From: an uncultured Gammaproteobacteria bacterium
GTDB taxonomy: Bacteria; Patescibacteriota; Patescibacteriia; UBA9570; XYC2-FULL-38-9
Length of the DNA: 64,000 bases
Reading direction: 5' to 3'
Assembly: GCA_964344485.1 (NCBI GenBank)
Contig: CAYFNF010000001.1
Location: forward strand, 18,335-82,334
Shown here: piece by piece, positions 1 to 9,263 of the stretch
How positions within the stretch are numbered: position 1 is the stretch's first letter
Layout: the number at the start of each line of letters is the position of its first letter
Position numbers and translations under genes: made by a program
The notes under the pieces: model-generated
Seen by the model: the letters and a program-made list of their open reading frames with translations, nothing else
Databases searched by the model: none
What the model was told of the DNA's origin: nothing

Positions 1-25
1 TCTTTTTCGAATTAACACTACCGTA

Positions 26-829
26 ATGTTTGATGTTCAGGGTAAAAATGCACTCATCACCGGGGCTTCCAGCGGCATTGGGAGAGATATCGCCGTGTTG
101 CTCGCAGCTAGAGGTATGAATCTTATTATCGTTGCACGTAGACGAGATCGTTTAGAAGAATTAAAAAAAGAGATTCAAGAGAAGCATGATGTTCAAGTGG
201 ACATCCTCACTATGGACCTCTCCACTCCAGAGAGCCCACGGGAATTGCATACAGCTGTTACCGAACTTGAAAGGCCTGTAGATATCCTCATTAATAATGC
301 TGGTTTTGGCATTAAGGACTATTTTATAGATATTGATTTTGAGAAAGAGAACAGTATGTTGAATTTGATGTTGAATAATGTTGTTCACTGTACAAAGCTG
401 TTTGTCAGAGATATGGTTAAGCAGAAGCGAGGGATCGTCATGAATGTGAGCTCAGTTGGTGCGTTTCAGCCGACTCCTGTTTATAACACGTACGCAGCAG
501 CAAAGACATTTATTCTTCATTTCAGTATTGCGCTCAATCATGAATTGCAAAATACAGGCGTCCAGTGTTGCGTGCTCTGCCCTGGCTTTACGATTACAGA
601 GTTTCAAAAAGTCGCCAAAGATGAACTGAATGCATCAATCAGCATGCCGAAGATGACTAGTCGTGAAGTCGCTGAGATTGCGGTGAAGAAGATGCTTAAA
701 GGAAAGGTCGTTATTGTTCCAGGTCTAATAAACCGATTTAACAGCAAGCTCTCTCGGATCCTCCCGTATTCAACTGTCACGTCTGTTGCTGCCAAGTCGA
801 TCGGTGAGCCAGCTAAGCATGAAGAGTAA
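26..829 (+). CDS. Short-chain dehydrogenase/reductase (SDR) family oxidoreductase
   Basis: N-terminal TGASSGIGRDIA Rossmann motif, NNAG motif, Y-x3-K catalytic pair (YAAAK); ~267 aa is typical SDR length. Confidence 0.8.
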   Translation: MFDVQGKNALITGASSGIGRDIAVLLAARGMNLIIVARRRDRLEELKKEIQEKHDVQVDILTMDLSTPESPRELHTAVTELERPVDILINNAGFGIKDYFIDIDFEKENSMLNLMLNNVVHCTKLFVRDMVKQKRGIVMNVSSVGAFQPTPVYNTYAAAKTFILHFSIALNHELQNTGVQCCVLCPGFTITEFQKVAKDELNASISMPKMTSREVAEIAVKKMLKGKVVIVPGLINRFNSKLSRILPYSTVTSVAAKSIGEPAKHEE

Positions 830-2072
830 CTACGATTTTTATATCGTTTCCATTGGTAGAGATCCTGCGCTGATGTCGTACTGTCATCCTGATTTGATCG
901 TGACATCCAATCGAGTACCTTTGTACGATGATTTCCCAGTAATCGCGCTTAATGATTTTATAAATGACACTCCTTTTCTGTCAATTTATGATACCGATCT
1001 CATGAGTGCATTTGTTCAATATACTTCACAAGCACAAGCTCCTTCGTATTTTTCCCAAGAGATATTTGAAGCGCTTCGTCCATTTCAAGAAGCGGTATTT
1101 CATGCAATTGAGGAAGGGGCGAAAGGGAGAAATGTACTTATTAATCCGTATTATAATGCGTTCACTGATGCATTTGGGATGAAGGGTTATGATATTGTTG
1201 GCCCTAATGATGATATTGCTTATGAGCTATCGCGCAAGACCTCAGCTTTTCTACTTGCGCAGCAAGCGCATGTACCAGCGCCAGAAGGCACTATTCTTTC
1301 TGGTAAGCGAGAAGTTGTGAGTTTTTATAAAGAGCATACATCGAAAGAGCGGGGAATTTTCGTAGCCTCTGATGATGATCCATATCATCCAACTAATATT
1401 CATATCACCAGCGAACAAGAATGTGATCAACTACAAGAGGATCAAAAATACCTTGCCACAGTATGGCAAAAATGTAGAAACAGCCAGAACACGCAAGTGA
1501 TTATTGGTAAGAATCAAGTATTCTATCTGGGTGTTACTGACCAGATTATTAAAGATGATGTGAAGTATTATGGAAATACATATCCAACGCGATCGTCTTC
1601 TGTTGTTCAAAATCAACTGAAGAAGTATACATTGCAGATGGCTTCAATAATGCAGGGCCAGGGATATCGTGGCATTGCGGGATTTGACTGGATTGAAACC
1701 CAGGATGGCGAAGTACTATTTGTAGAGATCAATCCGCGCAAGAATCGTTCCACTGCAATGCTTATTGGTTTTTTGGAGCGCTGTCGCCCCCCTGATGCAC
1801 AGTCTATTATTGAGTTGGAGATCGCAGCATCGTTGGATCGTGAGTGGGATACTGAGGAGTGGCCTGTTCCGAGCGATGTTCAGTGGTCCATGGAGATTAT
1901 AAAAGCAGAGGAAGAGATGATTATAAATGAGGACAAGAAGCCCGCTTATTCAGAAGTCAATATTTTTTCCACAGAACAAGCAGAGAGCATTCTAAATTAT
2001 CCTGAAAAAGGAACGGTAGTTTCACCAGCGAACCCTGATATTGCTCGTATAATTAACGTTCGAAAACAATGA
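819..2072 (+). CDS. ATP-grasp domain protein (carboxylate-amine ligase family)
   Basis: C-terminal GIAGFDWIETQDGEVLFVEINPR resembles the ATP-grasp Mg/ATP-binding core. The ATG at 819 overlaps the upstream stop (ATGA coupling). The ORF track start at 786 is an alternative. Confidence 0.6.
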   Translation: MKSNYDFYIVSIGRDPALMSYCHPDLIVTSNRVPLYDDFPVIALNDFINDTPFLSIYDTDLMSAFVQYTSQAQAPSYFSQEIFEALRPFQEAVFHAIEEGAKGRNVLINPYYNAFTDAFGMKGYDIVGPNDDIAYELSRKTSAFLLAQQAHVPAPEGTILSGKREVVSFYKEHTSKERGIFVASDDDPYHPTNIHITSEQECDQLQEDQKYLATVWQKCRNSQNTQVIIGKNQVFYLGVTDQIIKDDVKYYGNTYPTRSSSVVQNQLKKYTLQMASIMQGQGYRGIAGFDWIETQDGEVLFVEINPRKNRSTAMLIGFLERCRPPDAQSIIELEIAASLDREWDTEEWPVPSDVQWSMEIIKAEEEMIINEDKKPAYSEVNIFSTEQAESILNYPEKGTVVSPANPDIARIINVRKQ

Positions 2073-2569
2073 GTTATGTTATTCTAATTCGAGGCCCGTT
2101 AGGAGTAGGCAAATCAACTATTGGTGCTGCTGTCGCTGAGGAGCTGCAAGCCCATCGTATTTCTGTTGATACGGTGATGCGACAGCATGGTCTTGATCAG
2201 ACCGACCCCGAAGAAGGATTTATACCAGCAGATAATGTATTAGAAACAAATAAGATTATCCTGCCCGAGATTCAAGCTCAGCTATCGCAGAAGCGCTCAG
2301 TTGTTCTTGATGGGTGTTTTTATCATAAAGAGCAGATTTTAGATTTAGAAGAGAAGATTTCAGAAGATGTATTCACCATTACATTGCGAGCGCCGATTGA
2401 AGTATGCATTGAACGAGACGCAGGCCGTAAGAAGTCGTACGGAAAAGATGCAGCAACCGTGGTTCATGCATTTGTCTCTCGGTTCAATTATGGTACAGTG
2501 ATAGATAATTCTAAGCAGACAGTGGAACAAACCGTTCAAGAAGTATTATCTTTATTACCAACACCATGA
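2069..2569 (+). CDS. P-loop NTPase, predicted small-molecule or nucleotide kinase
   Basis: Walker A GPLGVGKST at the N-terminus; 166 aa. The start overlaps the upstream stop. Confidence 0.55.
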   Translation: MSYVILIRGPLGVGKSTIGAAVAEELQAHRISVDTVMRQHGLDQTDPEEGFIPADNVLETNKIILPEIQAQLSQKRSVVLDGCFYHKEQILDLEEKISEDVFTITLRAPIEVCIERDAGRKKSYGKDAATVVHAFVSRFNYGTVIDNSKQTVEQTVQEVLSLLPTP

Positions 2570-3213
2570 AAGAACAAGTTATCATATTTGATTACGATGG
2601 AACCATGGTCGATTCACTAGATCATTTAATTGATCTATATAATCGAGTCGGCCCGTAGTATCGTTGTCGTCCAGTGAATAAAAGCGACGTTCCACGCTTA
2701 CGCAGCATGAAGCCCCAGCAGATCATGAAAGAACTCAAGATTTCTTTTTGGAAGCTACCCATTCTGTTAATGAAGTTTCGTTCTGAGTTTTCCAAAATCA
2801 CAGCAAACATTCAATTCCAGCCCGGCATGAAAGAAGCAATTCAAGCGTTGAATCAAAGTGGATATACATTAGCTATTGTGACTACTAACTCTGCAGCAAA
2901 TGTGGCGAAGTATCTAGAGCAGCACGATATGAAGGATATGTTCGTAGGGGCATATTCAAGCAAACGGTCTTATCAAAAAGATGGCGTGCTTGCTCAAGTA
3001 CTGCAGCAGCATCAATGGGCACCTGAACAGGTTATTTATGTCGGTGATGAGGTACGTGACATTGAAGCATCAAAGAGAATTGGTATTCGCTCAATTGCTG
3101 TGGGTTGGGGGTATAGCTCTCGCGATGCATTGCTAGAGCAGGAACCGGACCACTACGTGGAGTCTGCAGAGCAGCTGTTGAAAGCACTGCGTATATATGA
3201 AATTGTGATTTAA
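2566..3213 (+). pseudogene. HAD-superfamily phosphatase (PGP-like) interrupted by an in-frame TAG at 2656-2658; the ORF track only calls the downstream part (2674..3213)
   Basis: HAD motif I (FDYDGT) is encoded at 2566-2655 in the same frame as the downstream ORF, which carries HAD motifs II-IV (IVTTNS..., K..., YVGDEVRDIEA). The two parts are separated only by the TAG. Confidence 0.6.
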
Positions 3214-3217
3214 TAGT

Positions 3218-4096
3218 ATGGACCATCAACTGTCACCGAAAATTCAACGGATGATCATTGCATCACAACGCAATGAGATTAGCGAATATCACATTTACAA
3301 GAAACTCGCTACTGTCATTAAAGGAGGGGGGAACAAGAAGACGCTTGAGCAAATTGCTGAAGATGAGTTACGTCACTACCATTTCTGGAAGAGCTATACA
3401 AAGCAGGATGCATCCCCGAAAGCACTGACTGTTTGGCGTTATACGGCACTTGCGCGCGTCTTTGGTATTACGTTTAGCGTGAAGCTCATGGAGCGCGGGG
3501 AGGCTGCAGCACAACAGAATTACGCAGTGATAGCGAAGGAGATTCCTGAGGTTGAACAAGTAATACAAGATGAGAATGATCATGAGCAGCAACTGCTTAA
3601 TGTGCTGGACGAAGAAGGGCTTCGGTATGTGGGGTCAATTGTATTAGGGTTAAATGATGCGCTTGTTGAACTCACTGGCGCGCTTGCTGGCTTTATCTTT
3701 GCGCTACAACATACAAATTTAATCGCGACTGTTGGGTTCATTACAGGTGTGGCCGCGTCATTTTCTATGGCTGCATCAGAGTACCTGTCTACCAAAACTG
3801 ACAATGACGGTAAGCATCCAATGAAAGCAGCGGTCTATACTGGCCTCGCGTATATCGCGACAGTTTTCTTCTTGATATTCCCGTACTGGATTTTTGAGAA
3901 TGTCTATCTCTGTTTGGGAGTGACACTCACGAATGCAATTATCGTGATTCTAGTATTTACATTTTATGTATCTGTTGCTAAGGATGAACCGTTTAAGAAG
4001 AATTTCATGCATATGGCGAGCATTAGTCTGGGAGTGGCTGCACTTACCTTTGTGATCGGTATTCTCATACGTACATTTTTTAACATAGAAATATAA
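3218..4096 (+). CDS. VIT1/CCC1-family iron/manganese transporter with N-terminal ferritin-like domain
   Basis: N-terminal ferritin-like region (E..H motifs), GLNDALVELTGALAG and SMAASEYLS motifs, several C-terminal TM helices. Confidence 0.7.
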   Translation: MDHQLSPKIQRMIIASQRNEISEYHIYKKLATVIKGGGNKKTLEQIAEDELRHYHFWKSYTKQDASPKALTVWRYTALARVFGITFSVKLMERGEAAAQQNYAVIAKEIPEVEQVIQDENDHEQQLLNVLDEEGLRYVGSIVLGLNDALVELTGALAGFIFALQHTNLIATVGFITGVAASFSMAASEYLSTKTDNDGKHPMKAAVYTGLAYIATVFFLIFPYWIFENVYLCLGVTLTNAIIVILVFTFYVSVAKDEPFKKNFMHMASISLGVAALTFVIGILIRTFFNIEI

Positions 4097-5025
4097 TGAC
4101 AAAAGGAAATATTATTGATGTCCATCAGTTTACTCAACAGGAATGGACATCGCTTATTCAACGCGCAGTTGAGTGTAAGGAAGATAAAGATCAATACAAG
4201 CAAGTACTTTCGGGGAAGCGCGTGGGTTTAGTATTTGATTCTAACTCACTGCGTACCAAGATTTCGTTTGAAACCGCAGCATATCTGTTAGGAGCAGATA
4301 GTTACTTTGTCTCTGTTGATACCGTAACTCAAGAGCGTGACGGCACACCACGAGAGATCTATGAAGACATCATTGAAACCCTGGATCGTATGGTGGACTG
4401 CTATGTGTTGCGTGATTACTCTCGAAAGCTTTACGATGTGTTTATTCGAAAAGAATATCCGCCGTTTATTAACGGACTCTGTGAAGTCGGCCATCCCAGT
4501 CAAGCACTGGCAGACCTTGGAGTACTGCAATGGAAAAAGAAGAAAGTAGAAGGATTGAACTATGCTGGAGTGTGTCCAGTAACCGGGAGCGGCGTGATAG
4601 AGTCCTATGTCTATGGAGTGTTGTTGTTGGGAGAAAATGTGACACTAATTACCCCTACCGGAGAGTTTGCAGGAAAGAACAAGGATTTTGACGAGCAGGT
4701 AAAGCGATTATCAAAAGAGCACGGTGGAACGTTATCAGTAACCAAAGATATCGCTAGCACCGTTGCTGCTGCGGATGTGTTGTATGTTGATGAGTGGTGG
4801 GAGAATGACCCGGATTTTCTGAAAAAGAAAATGGGAGAGTATAAGGTAGATAGTACATTTTTGCAGGGAAGTAAAAAAGACCTGTCTGTCTTGCATTGCC
4901 TGCCTGCACATCACGGAAGGGAGATTGAGAGTGATGTGATCTACGGAGACCAATCACTAATATTTGATCAAGCAGAATTCCGCGTCTATTCCGCGATGAG
5001 TCTGCTACTCTATTTATTTGAATAA
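4096..5025 (+). CDS. Carbamoyltransferase of the aspartate/ornithine carbamoyltransferase family; substrate unclear
   Basis: S-L-R-T-K (carbamoyl-phosphate-binding STRTR-like), HPSQ and HCLP motifs in the canonical order. No clear ornithine DxxSMG motif. Confidence 0.7.
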   Translation: MTKGNIIDVHQFTQQEWTSLIQRAVECKEDKDQYKQVLSGKRVGLVFDSNSLRTKISFETAAYLLGADSYFVSVDTVTQERDGTPREIYEDIIETLDRMVDCYVLRDYSRKLYDVFIRKEYPPFINGLCEVGHPSQALADLGVLQWKKKKVEGLNYAGVCPVTGSGVIESYVYGVLLLGENVTLITPTGEFAGKNKDFDEQVKRLSKEHGGTLSVTKDIASTVAAADVLYVDEWWENDPDFLKKKMGEYKVDSTFLQGSKKDLSVLHCLPAHHGREIESDVIYGDQSLIFDQAEFRVYSAMSLLLYLFE

Positions 5026-5029
5026 TATA

Positions 5030-5935
5030 CTACGCAGCCTGAGCCGTGATGCCGGCATCAGATCCTGTATCATGCCTGCGGCTAGAGCTAAGTTCACGTT
5101 CTACTGCTTCTCGTGCTTCACGTTGGATTTGGGCAAGCGCTACCCTACCTTCAGAAGTAGTATGGTACCAGCTTTGGCCTAAGTCCCAGAGCGATTCTGA
5201 CTCTCTCATCTGAACTGCAGGATCTAGTTTTTCCCCGACCAGGCGCTCTACCACAGGGAGTGCAGCAGCTGGATCCTCAAACGGTCTGCATTCGTGAATC
5301 GCCTCTGCGACTGCATAGACCGTACCGAGCTCTTGCTCTGGCATGCGCAGCCCTTCTTGGACGTGGTCGAATGCTAGATGTTCACCGTCTCCTAACTCTC
5401 TGACTTCAGCGAGCAGCACTTGAATTTCGCTTTCATGAGAACCGATCAGGTCCGGCAATCCAGCAACCCGTTGTTCGAAGTACGCACGAGACCTTCGCAT
5501 GGCTTCATCTCGAACTCGTGTTTCTACTATAGCATCGATCATTTCAGGGCTTGGGGCTTTTGCGGTATGCTCTCTTGCTTCTTGTACATGTAAAAGAAAA
5601 CCCTGTTCATCTCTTGTGACAGTCCACTCTCTCCCGTCATTTGCATGTCCAGTCACAGAGTCGCCTGCCTGCATTGCTTGAATTTCATTCACTTGACTTG
5701 CGCTCATTGCAATACCGCGGTCTACTTGCATCTCCTGGACTAAGCCATCTACTGTTTGATGAGCGATATGTTCTTTGCTTGTCGCACCAGCTTCCTCGAG
5801 CGGTTCTTGGTCATCTGGCTCTTGCCGCGCGAGACGCTCAGTAGTTGGTGATAGATCTGCTGACGCATCACCTCGGATCATATTTCCTCCAGTTCCAGCG
5901 TCGGAAAAACGTTGTCGTTCTGCAGCTGTGCTCAT
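5030..5935 (-). CDS. Hypothetical acidic protein
   Basis: Long ORF with consistent coding look and slightly elevated GC versus neighbours. No recognisable motifs. Confidence 0.4.
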   Translation of the reverse strand: MSTAAERQRFSDAGTGGNMIRGDASADLSPTTERLARQEPDDQEPLEEAGATSKEHIAHQTVDGLVQEMQVDRGIAMSASQVNEIQAMQAGDSVTGHANDGREWTVTRDEQGFLLHVQEAREHTAKAPSPEMIDAIVETRVRDEAMRRSRAYFEQRVAGLPDLIGSHESEIQVLLAEVRELGDGEHLAFDHVQEGLRMPEQELGTVYAVAEAIHECRPFEDPAAALPVVERLVGEKLDPAVQMRESESLWDLGQSWYHTTSEGRVALAQIQREAREAVERELSSSRRHDTGSDAGITAQAA

Positions 5936-6035
5936 ATTGGTATATTTAACTCTTATGACTATACAGTATAGCGTGTTTTCCCCTTTTTTTCAAGTACCAA
6001 TGCAAGGAATGCATGATTTGTGCTAGGATAGGTGT

Positions 6036-6923
6036 ATGAAAAAGTTTTTTCTTATATTCGTCATTATCATTGCCCCGCTTTTTCTTCTTGGATGCAAACC
6101 GCAGCAGCAGGACAGTACTCTAGAGCGCGCGAGTAATACGGCAGCAACAACGACTGTTACGGAGTCTCAAGATGATAGCAGTAGCACGACTGACTCTGCA
6201 GCTGTAAGCTCGGAGGGCGTTAAGATTATATTCCTTCATCACAGTACCGGCAGTAATATCTGGGCCGGAGGAGTAGAAGCATGGTTTGATGAGTATAATA
6301 ATGAAAGCGGAATACACTATACTGTTACAGAACAGGATTTTCCAAAGGACTCCCCGTATGGATGGAATAACTATCCATATGACTACTGGAACATCTGGGT
6401 GAATTATGCAGGCGAGAGTACATATATGGAAGAGCCGACTCTTGAGCTGCTTACTGAGCAGTATGACATGATTATTTGGAAGCACTGCTATCCAGTGAGT
6501 CAAGTGGAAGCAGATAGCGGCAGTCCAGACATTACATCCGAAGTGAAATCAATTGAGAACTATCAGCTTCAATATAATGCACTGAAAAAGAAGATGCGTG
6601 AGTTTCCAGACACTGACTTTATTGTCTGGACTGGTGCTGCACAAGTACAAGGAGAGACCGATGCAGCAAGCGCACGGCGCGCGCAGACGTTCTTTCACTG
6701 GGTGCGGGATGAATGGGATGAAGAAGGAGACAATATCTATATCTGGGACTTTTTTCAGTTGCAAACTTCTGGTGGCATTTATTTCCGAGCGGAGTACGCC
6801 GAAAGCAAGGACGACTCACATCCGAATGCATCGTTTTCATATAAAGCAGCACCGCTATTCGGGCAGCGTGTTGTGAATGTAGCTGAGGGCAAAGGGGATG
6901 CCTCTAGTCTGACCGGAGAGTAG
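6036..6923 (+). CDS. Secreted lipoprotein, function unknown
   Basis: Signal peptide with lipobox LLGC followed by a Ser/Thr-rich linker. Confidence 0.55.
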   Translation: MKKFFLIFVIIIAPLFLLGCKPQQQDSTLERASNTAATTTVTESQDDSSSTTDSAAVSSEGVKIIFLHHSTGSNIWAGGVEAWFDEYNNESGIHYTVTEQDFPKDSPYGWNNYPYDYWNIWVNYAGESTYMEEPTLELLTEQYDMIIWKHCYPVSQVEADSGSPDITSEVKSIENYQLQYNALKKKMREFPDTDFIVWTGAAQVQGETDAASARRAQTFFHWVRDEWDEEGDNIYIWDFFQLQTSGGIYFRAEYAESKDDSHPNASFSYKAAPLFGQRVVNVAEGKGDASSLTGE

Positions 6924-6955
6924 AACTATCAAATGTAATCTGATATACTGTTTCT

Positions 6956-7657
6956 ATGTCTGTGCAACGAAATACTCATCCAACATTCAATGGAGATAAA
7001 AAAGTAGTACCGCAATCCAGGCTGGGCCAGATGGAACGGCGGTTTATTGAAAAGCATATTGATAAATGGCCGAGCTGGATTGAAGGACATCACTTGACTA
7101 TGACGACTCTGTTGTGGAGTGGCGGGCTGTTAGTATTTGGATACCTTGCTCAAGGGAATGCACATTGGTTGTGGTTGTCGTCTTTCATGATTTTCTTGCA
7201 ATGGTTTACGGATTCTTTTGATGGAGCGCTCGGTAGACATCGAGATTTTGGCATTCCACGTTGGGGGTTTTATATGGATCATTTTCTAGACTACTTGTTT
7301 CTCTGTGCCGTGTTTGTGGGATATTCATTTCTTGTCTCAGGCATCTATCAAACGATACTATTTGTTCTACTTGGAGTTTCAGTCGGGTTAATGGTGAGCG
7401 TATATCTATTTTTTGGTGCTATGAATTCATTTCGTATAGAGCATTTTAAATTCGGTCCCACGGATATGAGAATTCTATTTATTGCAATAAACACATTCAT
7501 CATATTCTTTCCAGTTCGATACTTTGAGTACTCTCTGCCGATATTTCTAGCTGTATTTTCTGCAATTTTACTTGCTGTAGTGTATAAAATGCAGCGTAGT
7601 ATTTGGCAGAAAGACATGGAAGAGAAGGCGGCACAACAACAGCAGAAGCAGCAGTAG
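6956..7657 (+). CDS. CDP-alcohol phosphatidyltransferase family protein
   Basis: DG-x2-GR-x8-G-x3-D-x3-D motif (FDGALGRHRDFGIPRWGFYMDHFLD); polytopic membrane protein. Confidence 0.65.
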   Translation: MSVQRNTHPTFNGDKKVVPQSRLGQMERRFIEKHIDKWPSWIEGHHLTMTTLLWSGGLLVFGYLAQGNAHWLWLSSFMIFLQWFTDSFDGALGRHRDFGIPRWGFYMDHFLDYLFLCAVFVGYSFLVSGIYQTILFVLLGVSVGLMVSVYLFFGAMNSFRIEHFKFGPTDMRILFIAINTFIIFFPVRYFEYSLPIFLAVFSAILLAVVYKMQRSIWQKDMEEKAAQQQQKQQ

Positions 7658-7814
7658 AATTTGTCTAATATTAGCGAAATAATTGTAAAAACAACCCATC
7701 GCAGGTTGATTTTTTATCTTTTTTTTGATATATATTGATGCGGCAAATCGCACGCAGTGCGGTTTTGTCGTCAGAAGGAGTGGATGCGCAAAATGCAGAT
7801 GAGGAGGCAGAACC

Positions 7815-8300
7815 ATGCCACGTAGCGCAACACAGGAAACCCATGGTGTAGTCCCCGTCGTCCCACGTCGCGGGACACCCCCGTCCGACCACGAGGTCGC
7901 GGCGTTCACCCTGGCCAGCAAGCCGGAGACGGTTCCGCTGATCATCCGGAACGTGGTCCAGTACGGTACGGGCGCCACGCCCGTGACCAACACGGACATC
8001 CACCGCCTGCGCCGCGCCGGGCTCGCCCGTCGCAACCGCATGGGCTTCAAGGTGGTCCGGGTCTCGGACACGGTGTTCGACGTTCTGGTCTTCGGCTGTT
8101 CCGCCAAGGGGCGGGGCTGGACCCGCAGGCAGGTCGACGAGTGGGCTCGCAACATGCAGGAGGTCCTGCACGCGATCGCGGACTTCACCGCGGTACGCGA
8201 TGTTCGCATCGAAGACTGGGACCGCACGGTTCAGGTCCCGGGCCGCGGGATGCGGCTCTACACCGTCGCCACCAGCAAGATCACCATCAGGGTCTCCTGA
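7815..8300 (+). CDS. Hypothetical protein encoded by a high-GC (foreign-looking) island
   Basis: Strong SD GAGGAGG 7 nt upstream of the ATG. GC by eye ~65-70% versus ~43% in the flanks. A GC-rich hairpin plus T8 terminator lies immediately downstream. The overlapping minus-strand ORFs look like high-GC artefacts. Confidence 0.5.
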   Translation: MPRSATQETHGVVPVVPRRGTPPSDHEVAAFTLASKPETVPLIIRNVVQYGTGATPVTNTDIHRLRRAGLARRNRMGFKVVRVSDTVFDVLVFGCSAKGRGWTRRQVDEWARNMQEVLHAIADFTAVRDVRIEDWDRTVQVPGRGMRLYTVATSKITIRVS

Positions 8301-8321
8301 CAAGCGCACTTCGCTGACGCA

Positions 8322-8358
8322 CCCCCACGCCACCGCGGCGTGATCAGGGGTTTTTTTT
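8322..8358 (+). terminator. Intrinsic terminator: GC-rich hairpin (ACGCC..GGCGT core) followed by T8
   Basis: Seen directly, downstream of the island gene stop at 8300. Confidence 0.55.
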
Positions 8359-8838
8359 ATTCTTCTCGTACCACTCTTGGTACATCGCGTCCGCCTCTTC
8401 TTTTGTCTCTACTGCGTGTACTTTCTTATAGGTTTTAGCAAAGCGCGCGAGCATATTAATGAAGAACACCATGGATTGGGTCTGTCCGTAGAACACAGTC
8501 TGGCTATTCTGTGGATGGCGTAACATTTTTTTGTACAGATCCATGGAAGGTTCTGACGGGAACTCACTATCATCTGAGCGAGTCATGTCTACATAGATAA
8601 AGAACGGCGTATCTGGGTGTTGCGGTAGCCATTTTTCGACCGTCTGCTTGTAGAGCCACTCTGTCTCCTCAGAGTGCTGCTCTTCACTCGTAGTCGGGAA
8701 CCCAAAGTGCAGATGGATCTCTTGAGTTTCGGGATAGATGGTCATCCAATCATCCGGTGGTTTATAACGAGCAAACTTCTCTGGTGGAAGCTGTTCACAT
8801 CTTTCACATTGGAACGGATAGTCGTATTTGTTTGTCAT
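8344..8838 (-). CDS. Hypothetical protein with N-terminal CxxC motif (tandem paralog 2)
   Basis: Paralogous to the upstream gene. CERCEQ motif; start MTNKYDY overlaps the upstream stop (ATGA). Confidence 0.5.
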   Translation of the reverse strand: MTNKYDYPFQCERCEQLPPEKFARYKPPDDWMTIYPETQEIHLHFGFPTTSEEQHSEETEWLYKQTVEKWLPQHPDTPFFIYVDMTRSDDSEFPSEPSMDLYKKMLRHPQNSQTVFYGQTQSMVFFINMLARFAKTYKKVHAVETKEEADAMYQEWYEKNKKNP

Positions 8839-9263
8839 ATTATTTTCTTTTCTGCTTCGTACCACTCTTGGTATAGTGCGTCCGCTTCTTCTTTACTCTC
8901 CACAACAAAGGCTTGATCTTTCATGCCAGACATACGGAACAGCACTTGGAGTACCATTTTCATTGCATGTGTTACTCCATAGAAAATCGCGCGACCGTTC
9001 TGATCATGTTTAAGCATTTCTTTGTAGAGATCGATCGCTTTCTCTGACGGGAATTCACTATTATCTCCTCGTGTCATATCCACAACAATGGTAAACAGTG
9101 TATCTGGGTGTTTATTAAAACTTTCAGTAATCGCGCAGTCATATACCCACTGTGCTTCAGCAGTACTCTCTTCTTCACTAGTCGTTGAAGTCCCGTAATG
9201 TAGGTGTAATAGTTGCTTCTTTGGATATGCTTTAAACCACGCATCTGTGTCTGCAAAATGCAA
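8835..9263 (-). CDS. Hypothetical protein (tandem paralog 1); N-terminus uncertain
   Basis: Paralog of 8344..8838. The conserved CEKC segment lies in frame upstream of the first canonical start (a TTG), up to a TAG at about 9330. Confidence 0.45.
   Translation of the reverse strand: MHFADTDAWFKAYPKKQLLHLHYGTSTTSEEESTAEAQWVYDCAITESFNKHPDTLFTIVVDMTRGDNSEFPSEKAIDLYKEMLKHDQNGRAIFYGVTHAMKMVLQVLFRMSGMKDQAFVVESKEEADALYQEWYEAEKKII

Noticed and set aside
2656-2658. Possibility that TAG is recoded (for example pyrrolysine or amber readthrough) in this organism
   Set aside because: TAG terminates several well-defined genes in the window at positions that match the expected protein ends, and no pyl-type genes are visible. 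A nonsense mutation or sequencing error is more parsimonious.
5030-5935. Slightly elevated GC (about 50-52% by eye) of the hypothetical acidic gene as a further foreign island
   Set aside because: The shift is modest and within the range of host genes, and there is no strong SD or abrupt boundary. It is treated as a host gene of unknown function.
7568-8333. Minus-strand ORFs 7568..8227 and 7671..8333 (219-220 aa) overlapping the high-GC gene 7815..8300
   Set aside because: Long stop-free frames on all strands are expected in about 70% GC DNA. These frames run across the GC boundary into AT-rich host sequence without a change in apparent coding character, and they lack an RBS, whereas the plus-strand ORF has a strong SD and a downstream terminator.
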